This document shows, piece after piece, positions 1-14,210 of a stretch of 64,000 nucleotides of DNA; position 1 is the stretch's first letter, and the number at the start of each line of letters is the position of its first letter. This stretch comes from Octopus bimaculoides. Taxonomy: Eukaryota. The stretch is from assembly GCF_001194135.2 (NCBI RefSeq), contig NC_068985.1, positions 2,332,320-2,396,319 on the forward strand. Reading direction: 5' to 3'. The translations under genes and the position numbers were made by a program. The notes beneath the pieces were generated by a model. The model saw only the letters and a list, made by a program, of their open reading frames with translations. It was not told the DNA's origin and made no database searches.

Positions 1-19
1 ACTATTGTTTATCATCACC

Positions 20-640
20 CCATCATGATCATCCTCATTTAACGTCCGTTGGTCATGCTGGCATGAACGCTTTTACACAGGGCCACACAGTTGCTTTTTT
101 GTAGAGCTGCACAGGCACTTTTACATGGTGTCACACAAACACTTTTATGTGGCACAGCAAAAGCTTTTTACATGACACTAGTAAAAGACTCTTGCAGATC
201 AGTCCTTGCCACTGGGTGGTGGGGGTCCAGTCTTAACACTTCTGCAGCAGAATATGGATCATCTTGCATACAGCAAGGTGCCAGGCATTTCAGTCCTTTG
301 TCATCTCATCTGAAAGGTTCAGAGTCCTGAGATTGTCCTTCAGCACTTTGTCCCATGTCTTCCCAAGTCTCCCACTTCCACATGTTCCGTCTCCTTTGAG
401 AGATTAGCACTTCTTTATGGAGCTGTTGGCATCCATCTGCATAACATCATCTTACCAGTGCAGTCTTCTCTCTTGCACACAGTAACTGATTTCCTTTATG
501 TCTAACTTCTCTCTCAAAGCACTTGCATTCTGTCAAACATGTACACTTACATTACACATCCAGCAGAGCATACTAGCCTCATTTTTTTCTAAAGTTTGCA
601 TGTCCCCTGCATTCAGGGTCCACATCTCACATTAGCATAT
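20..640 (-). mobile_element. Decayed RTE-type LINE 3' end (RT C-terminus plus 3' UTR)
   Basis: Homologous by eye to the better preserved copy at 8363-9200 (shared blocks gagactggcacttctttatggagctg, catgtacact, cattcaggg). Confidence 0.7.
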
Positions 641-945
641 ATTACTTCCCAGGGGCAGCCGGTCTTGAATTCCTCTGTTATGGCCAAGAGGATAATGATA
701 AAGTGCAGGAGAAGGAGAGAAAGAGTGGGAGACAACAGGACAGGAAAGAGATGGTGACAAAGTGTCTGGAATACTCACAAGGGACAGGGATCAGAATATA
801 AAAGAATAACCCAATGCCAGAATCGAACCCACAAATCATATGTTATTATGACATATTATTATTATACAGTTATTGTTATACTATGTGTCTTCCATAGTAG
901 CTTTCTCTCCGTAACTTACAAAGCCTTCCTGGTTTGTTTACAAAT

Positions 946-947
<2 letters not shown>

Positions 948-1031
<84 letters not shown>

Positions 1032-1035
1032 TGTG
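948..1035. repeat. (TG)n microsatellite
   Basis: Directly visible near-pure TG run. Confidence 0.98.
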
Positions 1036-1879
1036 CATTGTTATTAATCCAAACAAGTGGAGGAATAGAAGAAATGAAGTTGAAAATGCACAGAGAATAT
1101 ATGAGAGTTAATTGGAATTTAATTCTATTTTAAAATATACTTTACCAGAATCCCATTCGATTTTCAAAAGTTTATTGAGTTGTGGTTGTGAATTATGTCT
1201 CTTCTGGCCATTGTTATAAAAATAGTTTGTTTCTAAAGCAGAAATGCGGTTTAGAACACTGTCCGTTAGCATAAAGATTTATTGGTCAATGTTTGTGCAT
1301 TACGCTCACCAGTGGCCTATGGTGGTTCTTATATTGGATGCAACACCACACCCGGTGCCACCAAATTTCAGGCAGGGGTATAACAAAGGTTTTCCATTAA
1401 GATTTGTGATTAAATTAACGAGTAAGGTTAATTATTTCTAATGAATTTACCGTTTTTGATGGGTGTGCAGTGCAGGCATAGCACACCTAGAATATACGCC
1501 CCTGACGTTCATGTGAGAAGGTCGCATAAAAGTTTTTCTCCATTGAATGTCATGTGACAATTGGAAAAGAGAGATATAAAGAAGTGATATAATAATTGTT
1601 TACATAAAAGTGTCATAGATAATTATTTTTTATTATTCTGCTAAAGAATAATGTTAACAGTTAGAGCCAGTTCCTTCCTAGGGAACATCTTAAAGCATAT
1701 CCTTTCTTGTTAACAAGGTGAGGGGTAAGTAAGATAGATGATAGCTGCTCTGTGAATTTTGATTTTCTCAAGAAAGAGTCCAAGTAGACATTCTACAATA
1801 AAAGAAATTCATAAGAGAAGGAGAATTGTGTATAACTGATATTTTTTCCATAGCCTCTTCAGAAGTGGATTGTAATTTT

Positions 1880-2167
1880 AATAACTGAACTTTCCTTAAT
1901 AATTCTTGTCTGGTCTGGAGTATTCTCTGCATGATGCTAGTGTGACAAGACAAGAAATTTGGGAGTTGTATTTCTTGTGCATGTGTCCAAATGTTCATTA
2001 AGTGGGATTTGTCTAGTTTTGGAATCATGTATTTGTCAATGATAAATATTTAATCTCACTCTTAAAGTGAGTTTAGTCTGCCCAGTGTAGTCTTCCTTGC
2101 AACCATTGCATTTGATGGCACATATTATATTTTCTGCAGAACAAGTAAAATGGTTTTTCACAGCAAA
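1880..2167 (-). mobile_element. Penelope-like element GIY-YIG endonuclease fragment (pseudogenised)
   Basis: Manual translation, not in ORF track: FAVKNHFTCSAENIICAIKCNGCKEDYTGQTKLTLRVRLNIYH*QIHDSKTRQIPLNEHLDTC, fitting FxCxSxNxIY..C..C...YIGQT...R...H. Confidence 0.8.
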
Positions 2168-2169
2168 AA

Positions 2170-2530
2170 GTACCAGTCCCGGTGCTATAAAAAGAAAACC
2201 ACAACACATATCAATTCAGCATTTAATCTGCTTTGAAGTATTTCTCTTCTGAAGCCACAAGCTTTATCCAGCATCGTTTCCAGAACTGTTTTTGGGGGGA
2301 CAGTAAGCACAACTGCCTCATTTCAGTCTCTTGCATTTTCTTCAATGATTCAAAATCTTGTTGGGAAATCTTCCACTGCAAAAGCTGACCCTTGGTTTTA
2401 GGACCATAGCCATAAACCCACAATGCATCACCTGTTACAACCGTTCCCAAAACGTTTTTGTCTTCCTCAACACAATCAAGAAGATTCTTCACAGTTGAAA
2501 CCCAATCTTTTTGTGACAACCACACTCTAC
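2170..2530 (-). mobile_element. Internally deleted mariner fragment
   Basis: ORF 2223-2597 has VVTGDALWVYGYGPKTK (TGDETWVYxYDP motif) fused directly to the C-terminal WKRCWIKLVASEEKYFKAD. Confidence 0.8.
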
Positions 2531-2839
2531 ACACATCCCTTCCAAGCATTGCTGTAAACAACACAACTAAACAGGAACATAACAACTCAGTGGACACGCA
2601 CGACAGACTTCAAAGTCATTCTCAGCCAAGTGGTTTCCCTCTGTGCATCTTAGCTCCGTTACCATAGCAACAGTCGCAATACTTTTTGATCAGATTTCTT
2701 ATACACACACACACAAACACAGACATACACTACATTACTTACCTGCAAACATATGCACACAGAAATATATATGTATGTATATATTCTTTACATATATGCT
2801 TCAAATATGTATACACGTTTGTCATCTTTATACACATAC

Positions 2840-3590
2840 ATTTGTTATTCATATATATGTGTGTGCGTGTGTGTGTGTGTGTGCGTGTGTGTGTGTGTGT
2901 TTGTGTGTGCATGTGTGTGTGTGAGTGTATATATATATATGATGATGATGATGATAGATATAGATATCTATATAGATAGATAGAGAGAGAGATATATACA
3001 TACATATACACATATACATATATGTATATATACAGACACATACATGCATACATACATATACATATATAAATGTGTGCGTGTGTGTATGTGTATATATATA
3101 TNNNNNNNNNNNNNNNNNNNNNNNNNNNNNNNNNNNNNNNNNNNNNNNNNNNNNNNNNNNNNNNNNNNNNNNNNNNNNNNNNNNNNNNNNNNNNNNNNNN
3201 NNNNNNNNNNNNNNNNNNNNNNNNNNNNNNNNNNNNNNNNNNNNNNNNNNNNNNNNNNNNNNNNNNNNNNNNNNNNNNNNNNNNNNNNNNNNNNNNNNNN
3301 NNNNNNNNNNNNNNNNNNNNNNNNNNNNNNNNNNNNNNNNNNNNNNNNNNNNNNNNNNNNNNNNNNNNNNNNNNNNNNNNNNNNNNNNNNNNNNNNNNNN
3401 NNNNNNNNNNNNNNNNNNNNNNNNNNNNNNNNNNNNNNNNNNNNNNNNNNNNNNNNNNNNNNNNNNNNNNNNNNNNNNNNNNNNNNNNNNNNNNNNNNNN
3501 NNNNNNNNNNNNNNNNNNNNNNNNNNNNNNNNNNNNNNNNNNNNNNNNNNNNNNNNNNNNNNNNNTATATATATATATATATCAGTATAG
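2840..3590. repeat. Compound TG/TA/GAT microsatellite around assembly gap (N 3102-3565)
   Basis: Directly visible. Confidence 0.95.
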
Positions 3591-3959
3591 ACACGTTACA
3601 CTCATCTCCCCCCCCTCTCTCCCGTATAATTTCATTGTTTTGTTATAGTTTATTTATTATTTTTAATTAAGAGTTTTGTGAATGAGACTGTTTACAGTTG
3701 TGCAAAGACACAAATGATGTGGAATTAGGGACAATTATCCAACATCAATTACAGTTTGCTGCTACACGCGATAACTTGGTATCACAGTCCACTTCTCTAA
3801 TAGGAATTGCATAGAAAATTAGTTGGATGCAGAGCATAAAAAGATGTTTAGATCTCCCATATAGACATTCTGCTTCTGCTGCTGCTGCTGTTCTTGTTGT
3901 TATTATTGTTGTTGTTACTGTGATGCTTCTTCTCATCTTGTTCTTGTGCTCTTATTGCT

Positions 3960-4171
3960 TTTCAGTTGTGATGATGATGATGATGATGCTGGTAGTGGTG
4001 GTGTTGGTGTTGGTGGTGGTGGTGGTCGCGGCAGTAGTAGGAGTTGTGGTGGTGATGGAGGTGGTGGGTAGGATTATTGTAGTCGTTATCCTCATCATCA
4101 TCATCATCCTCCTCCTCATCATCATCATCATCATCATCATCATCAGTTATCATCATCATCAGTTATCATCC

Positions 4172-4204
<33 letters not shown>

Positions 4205-4247
4205 CCATTATCATCATCATCAGTTATCATCATCATCAGCATCATCC

Positions 4248-4293
<46 letters not shown>

Positions 4294-4320
4294 TCTCTTC
4301 ATCATCCTCTTCATCACTAA

Positions 4321-4379
<59 letters not shown>

Positions 4380-4545
4380 CCACTATCATCACCGTCATCA
4401 TCACCATCATCATCATCAACATCATCATCATCACCATCATCATCACCATCCTCATCATCATCATCCTCTTCATCATCTTCTTCATCACTAACATCATCAT
4501 CATCATCATCATCATCATTACCACTACCACCACCACCATCTCCAT
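3960..4545. repeat. Long compound trinucleotide array dominated by (CAT)n
   Basis: GAT/GGT repeats, then more than 400 bp of interrupted CAT. Confidence 0.95.
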
Positions 4546-4898
4546 CATTATGCCTTTCCTGCTGTATCTATTGTTGAAGTTGATGCTGCTGATGACAACG
4601 ACAAGGAAGAGGCTGTGTTCTTGCCATTGCAAGAGAGAGAGACGTGTGTTGATGCTGCAATTAAAGATCTTCCAGCATTTGTTGTTGTTGTTTAGTCCCA
4701 GATCAATCTTTGATCAAACAGACCTTTAATTAAAGTCGTTCCACCCATGACCATCATGTTATTTTCAAGTATATCTAGGACTACTTTCTCCAATGTGTCC
4801 GTCCTTTTTCAAGGAGGTGGTTCATTAATTGAGGGAGATTTTTACTGCTATGTCTAGTAATGCAAACAACCACTTTCATTGGTTCATCATGTTGTTGC

Positions 4899-4935
<37 letters not shown>

Positions 4936-5349
4936 GCTGCTGCTGTTGTTGTTGTTGTTGCTGTAATTAAAGCCCCAGGGCAGCTTTGATCCCGCAGTCT
5001 CATGATCAAAAGCATTTCTGATGTGTCCATCACACTCAAAATTCAGGCAAAGTTTATCTAGGACTACATCATCCAACATGACACTTTCGTGCGCTTCAGG
5101 TTACCGTTTCTACAACGTTCAACAGATTCACAGTTTGGTTCCTTCTTTTATTGCTTTTTTTGTTTTTACCATTGCACTTCCTTTGATATTATAACTACTG
5201 CTGCTGCTTCTGCTGCTGCTTGTATAGTCATTAATGATGTCATTATTAAGGAAATTACTTTGGAAAACTATGTTTTCCCAAGTGATTCATTTTCTTACCA
5301 ACTCAGTAAATTATAATTCATTTCAGTTGGTAAGAAACTCAACCATCTG

Positions 5350-5866
5350 AGTGATTGTATGTATGTGTGTATGCGTGTGTGGGTATGTGTGTGTGTATAC
5401 ATGTGCATGTATGTATAAATAAATGTATGTAAGTATGTATGTGCGTTTGTCTTTGTGTCTGTATGTATGCATGTATGTATGTATGTATGTATCTTTGCAT
5501 GAATGTGTGTATATATGTATGTTTGTATTCATGTATGTATGCATGTATTATATATGTATCTTTGTATGAATGTATGTATATATGTATGTTTGTATGTATG
5601 TATGTATGTATGTGTGCGTGTGTGTGTGCATGAATGTATGTATGTATGTATGTATCTTTGTATGTATGTATATATGTATGTTTGTATGCATGTAAGTGTG
5701 TGTGTTCATGAGTGTATGTATGTATGTACATAAACACGTGTGTGTATGTATGCATGTATGTATGTATATGTGTGTGTATGTACGCATGTATTTATGTGTG
5801 TGTGTGTGTGTATGTGTGTGCGTGCGTGTATACATGTATTACATATATGCATAAATATATATATAT

Positions 5867-5897
<31 letters not shown>

Positions 5898-5925
5898 GAC
5901 AGGCAGACAGACAGACAGATCAATA
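5350..5925. repeat. Degenerate (ATGT)/(TG)/(GA) microsatellite
   Basis: Directly visible. Confidence 0.95.
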
Positions 5926-6369
5926 CATAATGTGTACACACATTGGTCTGTTCTTGCCCCTGACTATGAAGCTTGGCATCTTGCCAAGCTTCAGGTGAGG
6001 GTTAGCAACAGAAAGAGCATCCACCTGTAGAAGTCCTGCCTTGACAAATTCCATCTGACCCATGCAAGTATGGAAAAGTGGATGTAAAATGCTGATGACG
6101 TTTACTTATTTCCACCTTTAATTAATCGAGGGATGTTATAATCTTCTTACGATCAGGTCAGGAAGTAAATGCTGAGCCCATCATCTTCCTCTCCATCTCT
6201 GAGGATAATGTTTAACACTGTGCTTCTCAACCTTTTGAATGTCCAGACCAAAGCCAAAACCTGGATATTTTAGAGAGCTGCACCAAAAGAAGTAAAACAT
6301 GAGTCAAAGAAAAATTACTATATTTATAAAAGGAAGACTGTGAAGGGGCTGCAGAAAAGATGCTTAAGG

Positions 6370-6640
6370 GCTACTGGAAAGATGTGGCCTTCAGAGTCAC
6401 AAGTAAGAGCCACTGGTTTAACATGAGCATCTGTAAATAGATACCTTCAAGAAAAAAGCATTGATGGGAAGGAAATTCTAGCAGCCTAATGTTTGGAGAG
6501 AAAGAATGATATTTCTGAATAATGGTGAGTGTGTGATATGAGTGAGACAAGTAGAGATGAAGATGGAATTGAGGTGGAGAGGCCATGGAAGAGGAATGGT
6601 AAAGATGGTGTGTGCAGACAGTGCATCTGTGGGCAAGAGT
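6370..6640 (-). mobile_element. Possible very old LINE (CR1/L2/Jockey-like) C-terminal relic
   Basis: Loose resemblance of LSHSYHTLT...SFSPNIRLLEFPS...IYLQMLMLNQ to the SFFPRT..LWNxLP..FP..YxLQxFK terminal motif. Confidence 0.3.
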
Positions 6641-8185
6641 ATGCAGTGCAGTTTTTGTTATGCTAAGAATATGAAATTGTCATCATTTGGAATTGGTCGA
6701 GAGTAGTATTTCCTTTTCTTTCTGTCTTTTATAGATGCTTACAATATTTCATTAGGTGTTATTGATTTCGCTATATCAAACAGCTGGAAGAATTTTGGGA
6801 TCTACAGTGATTATTCAAGTCATAAGCAAAACTTCAGCAAATAAACCTTCAGCAGTAATTCTCGTTAAAATGCTAATGAAGCCTACTCATAGAGTACACT
6901 TCCTGAATAACAGCAACCTCGGGGATTGGAGGTGCCATTTTGGTGAATTTTCTATTGTCAAGTAAAATTTTAAATGCGTTTATTACATAAATAGCAGAGG
7001 ACTATGATAAATAAGAAATAGTGATATGGTATAATGAATGCCACTTTATTAGCTGCTAAATGCACAGTAAGAAACAGTTGAAAAATTTTCTTAGATAGAA
7101 AAAAGTATTTTGAAAATGGTAAAAAAAGAACAATATTAACACTGCACCACAAGAGCTACATAATGAAGACGTGTTTATTACCATTTTCAAAAATGCCATT
7201 AGCTTAGGTTTTCTACTATTCTGGATGCTGCTATTTTAGAAACTTCCTGTATCAAGTCCCCTGGCATCAACTGTTGCAATTATAATGTGTGCATATAAGT
7301 GCAAATCCTGTTATGTATGAGTTAATCATTCCAAACCTACATCTGCTAGAAGCATCCATAATGGTTTTGTTGAGAGTTCCTTCAATGTTTATCAGTGGGT
7401 GGTAAATGTGTATTTCTATGTCGAAGCCCACCTCTCTGCTGTATTAGTCTGTTTCTCATCACCCACCTGCAATCTGTTTTTCTCAGACTTTGTAATTCTA
7501 GTTAAGCACAAATATTTCCAGAATCTGTTGCTTATCCATCTGCCTCAGGTTCTCCTCCAGTCTGTTCTGTTAAACAGAAACGGATTTGTCTACCAAGCAT
7601 AGGAAATCTGGTCTTTTCCAAAAGCATTATTTATTTCTTATGCATTTGTGGTCCATGCTTAGATTAGGAAACGTTTATCTCCCTCAATATGTCTGAAGCA
7701 GATATATTGTGTTGTTCTTAATATTCTCACAGCAGAACAACCCTAAAACTATAGGAATACATGCCGCTTTGTACCATAGGTGAAAGGAAAGGTGTCACAC
7801 AGTTCACATCTTTATAGAGTCGTGGCTACCATGCAATAAAAGATGGCTCAGTTGTTTTTAAACTTTTTGTCCAATAAACTTGGAAAACTTTATCTAAAAC
7901 ACATCTCAGGGAAACAAACAAAAGCTTCAATCAAATTAACAAACATCACATACAGTTTCCACAGAAATCCATTTTTCCAGTAGCAATTAAATTGATTCTG
8001 AACATAAAAAAATGCAAATTTCAACCTCAGTGGAATTTGAATTCAGAATGTAAAAAACGTCGGCAAATATTGCAAGTCATTTTGTCCAATGCAAGAACAA
8101 TATTCTTTTACCAATCCAACTTCATAAAAATGGCTCACATTCCACTGTAGTGTTGTTGGTGTGGAAGGTCTTTACTACCCATGGG

Positions 8186-8335
8186 TGTGAAGATGCACAG
8201 CTTAGTGGTTAGGGTATTTCAGCTGCCCATGATTGTAAGGTTGGGAGTTCAATTCCCAGCAGTGCATTGTGCCCTTGAGCAAGACGCTCTGTTTCATATT
8301 GCTCCAGTCCACTCAGCTGACAAAAATGAGTTGTA
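8186..8335 (+). mobile_element. tRNA-derived SINE family C, 5' head
   Basis: A-box-like agcttagtggttag and B-box-like gagttcaattcc followed by the family core gtgcccttgagcaagac. Confidence 0.75.
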
Positions 8336-8362
8336 CATCCTCCTCCTCCTCCTCCTCCTCCA

Positions 8363-9200
8363 CATCATCATCATCATCATCATCATCATCCTTTAAAGCC
8401 CATTTTCCATGGGTTGGACAGGTTGACCAGTGCTGGCAAGGCCAGGGCTGCACCAGGTTCCAGTCTCATTTGGCTTGATTTCTATGACTGGAAGATGCCC
8501 TTCCTAATGCCAACCACTTTACAGAGTGTGGTGGGTGCTTTTAACGTGGCACTGGCATAAGGGCTTTTTATGTGGCACTGGTACAGGGTTCTTGCAAGCT
8601 AATCCCCTTCACCAGGGGGAATGGTCTTAACTCTTCTGCTGTGGAGGATGGGTCTTGGTCCTTTGTCATCTCCTCTGTAAAAGTTCAGTGTCCTGAGATC
8701 ATCTTTCAGTACTTCATCCCATGTCTTCCTGGGTCTCCCACTTACACATGTTCCATCCACTTTGAGAGACTGGCACTTCTTTATGGAGCTGTCTTCATTC
8801 ATACATATCACATGACCAAACCAGCACAATCTTCTCTCTTGCATGCAGCATTTAATTCCTCTTATACATAACTTCTCTTTCAATACACTAGTGCTCTGTT
8901 GAACATGTACACTGGCATTGCACATCCAATGGAGCATACTTGCTTCATTTCTCTCTAGCCTTTAACATGTCCTCTGCATTCAGGGCCCGTGTTTCACTAC
9001 CACATAGCATTGCTGTTCATATACATGCGTCATACAACCTTCCTTTCACGCGGGGAGAGAGTAACCTTTGGTTGCCATCAGAAGTAAAAGCTCTCTAAAT
9101 TTTATCCATCCTATTTTTATTCTAGCTATTACATTCTCTATCCATCCTACTAATCTTATCCCCTAGGTAACAGAAATTGTCCACAAGCTCTAATGAGCCT
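8363..9200 (-). mobile_element. RTE-type LINE 3' end with (GAT)n tail
   Basis: ORF 8599-8937 ERRLCWFGHVICM...GRPRKTWDEVLKDDL; upstream KGRLYDACI..AMLCGSET; CAT run at 8363-8390. Confidence 0.9.
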
Positions 9201-9324
9201 CCAAGGCATTTGAGAAAATCAATTCCCCATGTATGGCTTCTGTGCATCTTTCACATATGAACGCTACTTTCTATGATAACCTTCCTATTATTCCACTGCA
9301 CCTCTTGTGTGTCCATAGTGTACA

Positions 9325-9510
9325 AGGGGTACCTATAATTCAAAGGTACAGCCTTGTCACACTCTGTGTCACACTAAATCTCCCTCAGAGCTATGTTAAG
9401 GGTACTCCTGCCTGTGGAGTACTCATCCACTTGCATGCTAATTTTATGAGCAGGCTGTTCTATCGCTCGGAGCAACTGGAACACTCATCATTGTAACTGA
9501 CGGAGTGCCA
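9325..9510 (+). mobile_element. SINE family C body fragment
   Basis: Matches 22775-22980 and 45180-45362 (cagccttgtcacactctgtg...gagcaggctgttc). Confidence 0.8.
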
Positions 9511-10154
9511 CTTTACTAACCGCAAGTGTGGTATGATATCAAAGGCTTTATGATAATCCGTGAATCTTTAAGAACTTTCTTTTCCTTGATATCGTCAATA
9601 ATAACTTGGTTTAGTAACTAATATTTGTTCCGACCATTCTTCCTTTTCTAACACCCCACTTACTCCTCTGATAAGATGCTATCACTTTCCAGACAAACGG
9701 TCACCAGGTTGGAACATATTGTTGCCAAGGTTTCATATATTGTTAGGAAAGTAATTAACTTCTACTTTAATTTCAGATTTAATTTTAATTTTCTTTTGTA
9801 TAATTTCTATCTACAGACAATTGTTCCAGGCTAGAAATCCTTCATCCGTATGTTTATAATACTTTTGTTGAGACCAAAGAAGTATTAGTGTAAAAAACAT
9901 AAAGTAATAACAGAAATAATAACAATCGTGAAAATTTTTGCTGAGAACAACTAATTCAACGAGATGCAGTAAATCTTGGAATTTAGTTAAAACTCACAAA
10001 AGCAAAACAGCAAAACTATAGCGACAGAAGCAAGAGAAGAATATTTAAGCCGTCTTCAGCTTCCTTCTATCTGCCACCATTTTCTTCACTCTCTTTCTCA
10101 TTATTTATTTCTCTTTTGATAATCACTTTCACTCCTTCTCACCATCTCTCTCTT

Positions 10155-10187
<33 letters not shown>

Positions 10188-10435
10188 TACTTTTTCCTAC
10201 CACAGTTGAAGAAGCAAAACATGATTTAAAAGGAAACTAATAGCAACAACAACAACAACAACAGCAAATAGAATACAATATGAATTCTTGGAGTTTAGTT
10301 TTAGTATAAAAAGAATCATTTCAAAAATTCTATTGGAACAAAAGAATGGTAGGTTACTGTCAATATTTTGTTTTCCAGCGATTATATTGTTGTTAATTAC
10401 TACTACTACCACTAATACTACTACTACTACTGCTA

Positions 10436-10470
<35 letters not shown>

Positions 10471-10639
10471 ACTGCTGCTACTACTTATACAAATGTCTTC
10501 TTATTTCAATTCCTTTCATAATCCTTTATTCCATTTTTTCTCTTCCACAGGAAATCAGAGACAAGATGCAGCTTTTGTGTTTTGAAGAACATTATATGTC
10601 ATATTATATCATTATATTTGTGTGTTACATATATATATA

Positions 10640-10670
<31 letters not shown>

Positions 10671-10683
10671 ATACATATATGCA

Positions 10684-10743
<60 letters not shown>

Positions 10744-12330
10744 TATATATATGTGTGTGTGTCCTGTCTGGATATATATGTGCATGTGTGCATGTGTGTG
10801 TGTGTAAGACAGCCAGAGAGAGAGAGAAAGAGAGTAAAAGTGTATGTATAGGTATTTGTCTGTGTATATGTGTATATATGTACGTACACATACACATGAG
10901 TTTTTAGTGTGATAAACACATATATGTAAAACATTCATTATTTTATTCCGATAAAAAATAGACATAGTCGTTCTCCTGTGATTACCATTAGTTTTATTTT
11001 TTATTTCCAAATTATTTAACCTTCCAGAGACAATTTCTGTGACCTTATATGTAAAGAGGTCAAATTGCTTTTAGTTGAAATGACATAAGTATGTTAAATA
11101 TTGTGAATGTGTAAAATGAAATGTAGATTTAATTCCCACCTCCCTGTCTTGTTCATTTTTCTTCCTTTTTATGTTTCTCTTCATGTGAACATTTTAATTT
11201 AATATATACACACACACACACATGCACACACACATATACACACACACACACGCATGCACATACACACATATATTTATGTATGTATGTATGTGTGCATGTA
11301 TGTGTGTGTGTGTGTAGTGAAGAGAGAGCAAGAGAAAGAGAAATATATTTATCTAATATGTATAATGTACATATGCACATGTTTGTGTGTATGTGTGTAT
11401 ATAGACACATATATGTGTATAAATGTGTGTATGTTTGTACATATGCACATATGTATATCTGTATGTATGTACATGTACATGTATGTACATATGAAAATAT
11501 GTATGTATATATGTATGTATGTATATATGTGTCTGTGTGTGTGTATGTATGTATGTATGTATGTATGTATGTATGTATGTATGTATGTGTCTGTGTGTGT
11601 ATGTATGTATGTAAACACTATTTTCCATTTGTGCTGAAGACTGCTGCTATATATAATTTCATATGTATTTCTCTTATTTCAATTTTAAAATTGATAAAAT
11701 TAATTCGAGGAAAACAGTGTTCATTTAATCTTGTTTTTCCACTCATATTCTCGAGGATAAATTCAATGCAAATTGTTAAACAGTAGAATGAACAAATGAA
11801 TGAACCCCCTCTGCATATGTCATTTGCATTTCATGGATTTAGATTTAATAAATTCATAAATGGAAAGATTTCTTTCTAAAGTTTCCAAACTTGAAGTTGT
11901 TTGAGTGTGAAAATTCTTCTGTACCAAGCATCTGAAACCATTTGTACCTAACACTGGAATTCATTGGCATGGCTGCTTAAAGTATATCTGAGGCCCCTAA
12001 CCAAAGCATTGTATGTTCGAAACCCTTCAATGCTCTCACTCTAACACATTAAAACTAAGTTTTCCAATTCGGAAAGCTACAGCATTTCATTAGGAAAAAT
12101 TGATTTATAATTAGTGAACGGTTCGGTTAGTGAGGATACTGATTTTAAATTTACATAAAGGAATGATTCAATTGCTGTTGTCTCCTTTCGTTGCCAAGGT
12201 GATTCTTTAGAAGTTTAAATCTAGAAAATAAAATTTCCTAATCCCATTGGTGATAATCCTGCACAGAAATGTTCAGTGTATGATTTTGTTCTGTATATAG
12301 TGGAAACTTGTATGTGTGAACACATACGTG

Positions 12331-12487
12331 TAGGTGTGGCTGTGTGGTAAGAAGCTTGCTTCCCAAGCACATGGTTCTGGGTTCAGTCCCACTCTCTGGA
12401 ATTTGGATAATTAGCTTCTACTATAGCCTTGGGCCAACCAAAGCGCCTTGTGAATAGAATTCGTGGATGGAAACTGAAGGAAGATTG

Positions 12488-12490
<3 letters not shown>
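12331..12490 (+). mobile_element. tRNA-derived SINE family B head
   Basis: gtggctgtgtggtaagaag (A-box), ggttcagtccc (B-box), followed by a (TA)n run. Confidence 0.85.
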
Positions 12491-12519
<29 letters not shown>

Positions 12520-12521
<2 letters not shown>

Positions 12522-13077
12522 TCAGCTATGGCAGAAGTAAATAGATACACTATAAAACATTGTTTTATGTTTATTTCAACTTGAAATGGTTTATATTTTT
12601 TATTAATGGACATTTTTATGTTTCAGATTCTATATCTGACTTTTCAATTATGCCACGTACAAAAGAATCCTTAGAACTGTCCAAATTTCAAAGCGGCCAT
12701 ATTGTGGATTAATATGGAGGTGGACTTAGCGTAAAATCGCAGAAAACCTTGGGATCCCACTTTCAGTTAATAGGGCAATTGTGCAATTCACCCGAGAGGG
12801 GAAGAAGTCCACATCATCTTGCCCAGGTCGACCAGGGCCCTCTGACAGGACCCTTTGCTTTGTTAGGTGAAGTGTGGAGGATAATCCTAATTGCAAGGCC
12901 TCTGACATAGCAGAACAAGTTGATGACAATCCCAGAACAGCTGTCAGGTATCTCCACAAAGTTGTCTACTATGGCAGAGCAGGAAGAAGGAAGCCATTTC
13001 TTCAACCAGCCAACATCAAACAGAGAAAAGATTGGGCCAGTGAGATGGTGGAGTGACCGCTAACATTTTGGGACACT
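12520..13077 (+). mobile_element. Tc1-like transposase N-terminal (HTH) fragment, pseudogenised
   Basis: From ATG 12650: MPRTKESLELSKFQSGHIV...[30 protein letters not shown]..., then AGRRKPFLQPANIKQRKDWASEM; stops and frameshifts. Confidence 0.8.
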
Positions 13078-13137
13078 AAAATGGCGGCGGCGGCAGTGGC
13101 GGCGGCGGTGGCAGTGGCGGTGGCAGTGGTGGTGTTG

Positions 13138-13169
<32 letters not shown>

Positions 13170-13481
13170 GGTTATGATGATAATTACGATGATGATGATG
13201 ATGGTGGTGGTGGTGATTTGGATGATGATGATGGATCCAAGATAGACAGGAAACGTCTGCAGACTCTATCAACTTGCAGGGAACGCAGCCAAATCCCTCT
13301 CAATTGCTCTCCACTTGTCTTCAAATTGGTGATTCAAGATAAACGTAGACAGGTCATAAGATGCTTCCAGCACGAATAAACATTTCATGCACAGATAATC
13401 CTTTTCTAGCAAAAGCGGATGGCAACAGGCTCGAATAACCACCACAGTAAATTCACAACTTTGCAGCAGAAATACACAGGC

Positions 13482-13705
13482 ATAGCGATGGCTGAGTGGT
13501 AGAAATCTTACTTCTCAATCACAGGGTTCTGGGTTCAATCTGCATGGCACCTTGAACAAGTCTCTTCTGCTAAAGCCTCAGGCTGATCAAAATTTTGTGA
13601 GTGGATTTTTTAAACAGAAGCTGAAAGAAGCCCATCATATACGCGTGTGTGTGTGTGCGTGCATGTGCGTGTGTAAGCGTGTGTGCGTGTGTGTGCGTGT
13701 GCGTG

Positions 13706-13739
<34 letters not shown>

Positions 13740-13960
13740 TCCATGTTTGTCTCTCACCACCGTTTGACAACCAATGTTTGTGTCTTTACATCCTTGTTAC
13801 TTAGTGGTTCAGCAAAAGAGACTGATTGAATAAGTACCAGGCTTAGAAAGAAAAGAAAGAAAAAGAAGTGCTAAGGTTGATTCATTTAACAAAAAACCCT
13901 TCAAGGTGTTGCCCCAGCATGACCACAGTCTAATGACTGAAATAAGAGACAAAAGATAAC
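13482..13960 (+). mobile_element. SINE family B with internal (TG)n microsatellite
   Basis: Head, gaagcccatcatata, TG repeat, then tail gacaaccaatg...ccagcatgaccacagtctaatgactgaaa. Confidence 0.85.
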
Positions 13961-14210
13961 AAAACAGGCATAATGTCATGCATTCTGGTGGGGCATGCAA
14001 TGCTGCAGCATGAGCTTTGGCCACCCTGGGTGACAGCCAGATTGGTTGTTCCTTCCTTAAATGTAACCTACCTTTGACTACAGCAAACATATATATATAT
14101 AAAACAGCCACTCTGTGCAATCTACACACCCCATGCTACACCATAAGGGCTTGTATATAGTTCTCATAGTTCCTTTCATATTTAGGCTGCATTATAGGAA
14201 CAGGAATATA

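Noticed and set aside
1840-1865. Hammerhead-like CTGAAGA-GGCTATG-GAAA after the PLE fragment (minus)
   Set aside because: Position is suggestive but helices I, II and III do not pair.
1768-2028. 86-aa ORF that looks like a globular host exon
   Set aside because: Largely an alternative frame over the decayed Penelope-like GIY-YIG sequence.
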